In this document: positions 59,727 through 64,000 of the stretch, one piece after another
Numbering within the stretch: the first letter of the stretch is position 1
How the letters are laid out: each line of letters starts with the position of its first letter
Assembly (NCBI GenBank): GCA_965116885.1
Contig: OZ220741.1
Coordinates: forward strand, 4,544,001-4,608,000
DNA: 64,000 nucleotides
Reading direction: 5' to 3'
Source: Candidatus Latescibacterota bacterium
GTDB taxonomy: Bacteria; Latescibacterota; UBA2968
Program-made: the position numbers and the translations under genes
Notes under the pieces: generated by a model
What the model was told of the DNA's origin: nothing
The model's database searches: none
The model's input: only the letters and a program-made list of their open reading frames with translations

Positions 59727-60464
59727 TCATCTACTATATGCCCCACTGACAAACTTCTCAATCTCATCTCGCCCCCGCACAATAGCTTCATCGACAAAAC
59801 GCGCTTTTATATCCTCATCAAAAAACGCATCTGCCCGTCTCCTGTTCTCAGCAAGATGCTTTTCCATATCATCAGACAGGGGGCGACCTATCATCTTGAG
59901 AAATATCTGCTCGAGAACAACGGGGTCTGCATTCTCTGCCCATCCCCGCGCACGCCTTACAAATCGGGATACTGTTGCGCGATCAATAAATCCCACCTCT
60001 CCACGTCCATCAAACTGATCCAGCACTCCCGCGACACCTGGATAATTGATGGGTAATTCATCTACATAGGACCACAACCCGTAAATAATGGGCCGCCAGT
60101 CTTCAATACCGTGTACGTGAACCGTCACCTCATCGCGAAACGCTTCATCCGTCGTCAAATGCGCGATATACCCCATCAACAAAACGCGATCTCGCGGATC
60201 CATATTCTGATAATCCGCCAGATCGGGATGCGCTTCAAACATACCCGAAACGGATTTGCCCCATGTTTCGCGCTGCTCCTCCGTATAAAAATGCGATCCG
60301 TACTTGCCCATCTTCCCGAGCAAACGCATTGCATCTGGCGCCATAGAACCCGCCACAAGATCCGGCAAATACTGCCGATTTAGAGCACCTACCTCAGGCA
60401 AATCGCGCTCGAGCTGTACCTGCAACTCGAGCACCAATGCAAAATGACACCGCCCACGAGGCAT
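59727..60464 (-). CDS. Zinc-dependent phospholipase C-like protein
   Basis: N-terminal MP....H, GSMAPD, SHFY, GYIAHLTTD. Confidence 0.7.
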   Translation of the reverse strand: MPRGRCHFALVLELQVQLERDLPEVGALNRQYLPDLVAGSMAPDAMRLLGKMGKYGSHFYTEEQRETWGKSVSGMFEAHPDLADYQNMDPRDRVLLMGYIAHLTTDEAFRDEVTVHVHGIEDWRPIIYGLWSYVDELPINYPGVAGVLDQFDGRGEVGFIDRATVSRFVRRARGWAENADPVVLEQIFLKMIGRPLSDDMEKHLAENRRRADAFFDEDIKARFVDEAIVRGRDEIEKFVSGAYSR

Positions 60465-60534
60465 CCATCTTCCTTTCTCAACCAGAATCCACTAAATTCT
60501 GGAAAGAGGCTATCTATATCAACCGCAAGTGCGA

Positions 60535-60568
60535 CTGTCATTGCGGCATGATTTAAGCCGCAATCCAG
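60535..60568. repeat. REP-like palindrome
   Basis: ctgtca-ttgcggc-atgatttaa-gccgcaa-tccag; GTCATT...AATCCAG architecture. Confidence 0.6.
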
Positions 60569-60599
60569 ATGCAGTACGACTTACGCTACATAGCACTAC

Positions 60600-60791
60600 C
60601 TATAATTCCGCTCTTATTTCAGAGTATTCCCGAAAACCCGTTGCCGTTTCAACCGCCTGATTTAGATCCAAAGCATCTTCTAAATCCTCAAGCCGTTGCA
60701 TCAAAGCGCGATAATCTTTCATTGACAGCACAACTGAGATCTTCCGCCCTTTTTCATCCACGACATATTTGGGTTTGATATTGAGCATCAT
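60600..60791 (-). CDS. Small antitoxin-like protein with no downstream toxin
   Basis: KYVVDEKGRKISVVLSMKDY..L...LEDLED pattern typical of antitoxins paired with RelE/ParE; TAATG overlap with vapC. Confidence 0.7.
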   Translation of the reverse strand: MMLNIKPKYVVDEKGRKISVVLSMKDYRALMQRLEDLEDALDLNQAVETATGFREYSEIRAEL

Positions 60792-61210
60792 TATTCAACC
60801 GTTTTGAGCACAGTTATCCCCATCATCGCAAAATGATCGTCAAAAGCATACGTCTCTGAAATGTTATGCTTCTGACAAGCCGCGAAGCTGGTGCAATCTG
60901 TAAATGATAACTTGGCGGAATCGTATTGCCTAAAAAGCCGCTTGGCTTCTTGAAACAGGGTCTTATCGATTTCTGTGACGGTTAAACCATCTATTTTTTC
61001 AGCGCGTTCAATAAAGTCGAGAAACTGCATCGCTACTGAGTGGCTCACATCATATCGAAGTCGCGTTATGGTTTCATCAAGCACATAATCCGTCGTTAAA
61101 AATCGCGCTCTTTGCCGTTTTAAGTCCGCGTAAATCGTCACAGCGTCGGTGTGATTCTGATCTCTTTGATTGGAAAGAGCAATCCAGGCACCGCTATCGA
61201 CAAAAATCAT
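60791..61210 (-). CDS. vapC: PIN-domain ribonuclease toxin
   Basis: IFVDSGAWIAL, VLDET, LSFTDC.SF, FD.HF; PIN acidic residues intact. Confidence 0.92.
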   Translation of the reverse strand: MIFVDSGAWIALSNQRDQNHTDAVTIYADLKRQRARFLTTDYVLDETITRLRYDVSHSVAMQFLDFIERAEKIDGLTVTEIDKTLFQEAKRLFRQYDSAKLSFTDCTSFAACQKHNISETYAFDDHFAMMGITVLKTVE

Positions 61211-62994
61211 GGTTTTGATCGCAATTCATAGATGCTTTCATCATGATTGATAGACCCGTCGGTTCGGTCAGATTTCGCAAATCCAACCATCTCATCAAGA
61301 ATTGCGTAGCCTTCTTCTATTTTATTTTTTTCAATGATTTCAGGATTAATAGGGCCACTTCGCACAAGAAAGATGAAATAATCCAGCACGTCTAATGCCT
61401 GCCAGATAATCCCGGTGAACACATCGCGCAAATGCTGGCTCTCAACGCCGAAGTCCCTGGCAATTTTTCGATATTTGCTACCTTTACGATGTGCGGCACT
61501 ACTGGAACGTAAACTCTGAAGTTTCCGCAGAAAGGCGATACGCTCGGCAGCACCTTCAACATTATGGGAACTAAGGACGGCTTCAAGGCGTGCAATGCTA
61601 CCTTTATGTCTCGCTTTCTGATCCTCAGGAATAAGCGTGTTTAGACGTCTTTCGTTTAGGGAATCAATGAGTATCTTGGTAAGGCTCAAAATCAACGCAT
61701 CAAAATCGCGTTGCTCGTCAGTAGATGGAATTCTCAAGCCTTGGAAATGGTATTCATCACCGGGGTCCAGCGGCAACAACAACTGCCAACCCAGGTATTC
61801 TTTACAGGTATCTTGCAACTTTTGATAACGTTCTCTAAACAAGTGCTCAGGTCGATCTGACTCTGCAGACTGATTCAAGATTTGACGCTTAAAATAGGTC
61901 TTACTTACACCGCCTTCGGGCGGGATATTGTAAGACCGCCAGTATAGCTGTTCTGTATAAGGGAGGTCTCGCCCCAGATCGCCTAACCACGCACAGATTT
62001 TGTCGTCGTGATAGCTGTCAATCTCCATGCACCACAGGTCACCACAGCGCAGAAGCGAATCCTCTACGGTATATTTACTGGACTCATGGTAATACTTGTC
62101 TAAAACCTGTTTGCGAAAATGCACAGGGGTCAGATAATGGGGCGCGTCGGGGTTTGCTCCAAAATAATTTGCCAGAGCATCCGGGTCAGATGTATGGATA
62201 ATTTCATCTCCATCCTCATCGACATCAATGATAAATTCCACATGCTCTTCTTCCGGTTTCTCAGAAAATCCCCATAACCCGCTTTTGGATTTCGGCAGAG
62301 GTTTAATAAGTCGCTTGCCCAGCAACCGACTAAATGCTTGGTGGCTACTGGAGACGCCAAAATCTCCATAGTGATGCCCCCAACATATAAGATCATCCCT
62401 CTGATCACCTCCACCTTCCTTAAGCCCAAGTTCTTCCAGAGAGTACTCCGAGTACTCCCCACAATCGAATTGAATTGATAAATACATTTCCTTAATCGCC
62501 AAAAACTGACGAATCTCCTTGAGCCTTATCTGGACCTGATTGGCCTCAACAATAGCTACTACATCTTCATTACCTTCGTCATCAACCTTGATGTATTTAT
62601 CCTTCTTTCTATCGTGATATAGATGGTGGAAAAGTCGGAACTCCTCGGATATTTCCCTGTAGCCATTTCGCAATTCATAGAAGTTACGGTTAATGATTAA
62701 AGGTTCAATTCCTTCTGTTGATCCATAGCGTAAGTATTCAACTAGCTTCTCTCCACCTTCATAGTACTCAACGGTACCGGGCATACCAGCATTGAGCAAA
62801 AAATCCCAAGATGTGCTGAAAAGTATTTTCTTAGTCTGCGCAGATGGAATTAAAGCACAATAAATGCCGTAATTGTGGGCCTCTCGATAGTCAGATAGAT
62901 ACACGGTAACCATATCGGTCATTTTTAGGTCGCGTTTCAACCATGCCAGCATCTCAGCTTGGGATAACCGTTTTCGATCTAAATTAATGCTCAT
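61207..62994 (-). CDS. Large hypothetical protein with putative C-terminal HEPN motif and VapB-like tail
   Basis: ATG 62994 lies 6 nt after GGAAGGAGG; 595 aa; LQSLRSSSAAHRKG (Rx5H); tail ILDEMVGFAKSDRTDGSINHDESIY; ATGA overlap with vapC. Confidence 0.75.
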   Translation of the reverse strand: MSINLDRKRLSQAEMLAWLKRDLKMTDMVTVYLSDYREAHNYGIYCALIPSAQTKKILFSTSWDFLLNAGMPGTVEYYEGGEKLVEYLRYGSTEGIEPLIINRNFYELRNGYREISEEFRLFHHLYHDRKKDKYIKVDDEGNEDVVAIVEANQVQIRLKEIRQFLAIKEMYLSIQFDCGEYSEYSLEELGLKEGGGDQRDDLICWGHHYGDFGVSSSHQAFSRLLGKRLIKPLPKSKSGLWGFSEKPEEEHVEFIIDVDEDGDEIIHTSDPDALANYFGANPDAPHYLTPVHFRKQVLDKYYHESSKYTVEDSLLRCGDLWCMEIDSYHDDKICAWLGDLGRDLPYTEQLYWRSYNIPPEGGVSKTYFKRQILNQSAESDRPEHLFRERYQKLQDTCKEYLGWQLLLPLDPGDEYHFQGLRIPSTDEQRDFDALILSLTKILIDSLNERRLNTLIPEDQKARHKGSIARLEAVLSSHNVEGAAERIAFLRKLQSLRSSSAAHRKGSKYRKIARDFGVESQHLRDVFTGIIWQALDVLDYFIFLVRSGPINPEIIEKNKIEEGYAILDEMVGFAKSDRTDGSINHDESIYELRSKP

Positions 62995-63035
62995 CACCAT
63001 CCTCCTTCCGCTATTTTGAATCCTGATCAAACAAA

Positions 63036-63063
63036 TGTATAGCACAAAAACCACGTTTGTCAA
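63036..63063 (-). promoter_or_regulatory. Putative sigma70 promoter of the HEPN-like/vapC operon
   Basis: TTGACA-N16-TATACA with an extended -10 TG. Confidence 0.6.
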
Positions 63064-63085
63064 CTTAATCCCCTCATCTGATTCT

Positions 63086-63928
63086 CTATCTCACCTCATA
63101 AACACCCGCATCATCTCGTCTCAATCGTCCCCAGGCAACATCCGGATCGTGCGGCCACACCATAACCCAGTTCTCGGAAACAGCTCTCTCCATAACTTCT
63201 TGCTTAACCAGATAGGTCTGCCGCGGATACAGATCATACGCCATTACATAAATCGGCTTCAAGTGATGCGTCGTAGGAATCAAATCTCCCACAAAACAGA
63301 ACGTATCCTCGCCCGTATGCACCAGCACAGATTGATGTCTGCGGGTATGCCCTGGCGTAACTATGACCTCGATAAGAGGACAAATACGCTCATCCCCCTC
63401 CAACAGCGCGAGCACAGGTGACAACGGCCTCATCACCTCGTCGTATCGGTATCCATTCACAGTCTGCCCATCGGCATTCTCCGCATCGCCCCATTCCCCC
63501 TCTTGCACATAATAAGTCGCATTTGGAAAAGCGGGCACATATTCACCATCCTCCACCACCGTACATCCTCCGGCGTGGTCCTGGTGCAAATGCGTCAACA
63601 CAACCCGCGTAATCTCCTCGGGCGCAATCCGCAACGCCTCCAGGGACACCAAAAGCCCATCCGACTCATCGAGCGCGTAAATCTCCCGCAACTTCTCCGT
63701 CACCTTGCCCCCAAACCCCGTCTCAATCAGCACGACCTCCCCTTGCCCTCTCACAAGCAAACAATTCATCGTCAGCCCAATGCGATTGCGCTCATCGGGC
63801 GGATAACACCTCTCCCACAGTGGTCGGGGCACAACCCCAAACATCGCGCCGCCATCCATCCTCACCTGCCCGGCAGATAAAACCCACACATCACAACCAC
63901 CACTTTGCTTATAATCTACAATCGCCAT
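63086..63928 (-). CDS. MBL-fold metallo-hydrolase (YtnP-like)
   Basis: DGGAMFGVVP, THLHQDHAGG, GHT..HQ, MAYD, HDP. Confidence 0.9.
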   Translation of the reverse strand: MAIVDYKQSGGCDVWVLSAGQVRMDGGAMFGVVPRPLWERCYPPDERNRIGLTMNCLLVRGQGEVVLIETGFGGKVTEKLREIYALDESDGLLVSLEALRIAPEEITRVVLTHLHQDHAGGCTVVEDGEYVPAFPNATYYVQEGEWGDAENADGQTVNGYRYDEVMRPLSPVLALLEGDERICPLIEVIVTPGHTRRHQSVLVHTGEDTFCFVGDLIPTTHHLKPIYVMAYDLYPRQTYLVKQEVMERAVSENWVMVWPHDPDVAWGRLRRDDAGVYEVR

Positions 63929-64000
63929 ACTTTTACCTCCAACTTTGCACTTCGCACTTAACCCTATATATCTTATCTTATCCCCATAAAAAATATTCGC

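Noticed and set aside
62995..63063. Longer TTG start for the HEPN-like gene
   Set aside because: That TTG is part of the TTGACA -35 box; the strong Shine-Dalgarno points to ATG 62994.

Overview
Gene-dense bacterial chromosomal window from a diderm heterotroph. Gene content is reminiscent of Latescibacterota/PVC-like organisms, but taxonomy is not provable from this sequence. From left to right: (1) the 3' part of a Bat/VWA operon, DUF4340 and GldG-family genes, with a perfect (TCAGTAG)x19 tract between the last two; (2) acetate kinase, MFS transporter and sulfatase, then a small nucleotidyltransferase toxin-antitoxin pair; (3) a PVM-like bacterial microcompartment operon (PduL, 2 BMC-H, 3 BMC-P, acylating aldehyde dehydrogenase, class II aldolase); (4) a surface-glycan locus including a WecA/MraY-methyltransferase fusion; (5) a sigma54-driven lipoprotein/LpoB/OMP operon; (6) assorted catabolic genes (ROK, GGT, M20, Mo-hydroxylase large subunit, FGGY kinase, hydantoinase A/B) and tRNA-Gly(GCC); (7) an Opp/Dpp-type ABC operon interrupted by a MenAT1-like TA pair; (8) an AT-richer three-gene operon in which a large putative HEPN protein ends in a VapB-like antitoxin tail and is coupled to a VapC toxin. 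This last operon is the best candidate for an undescribed defence system. Intergenic DNA carries several families of short repeats. No CRISPR array, rRNA, transposase or integrase was found. All product calls come from motif recognition by eye; no database searches were run.
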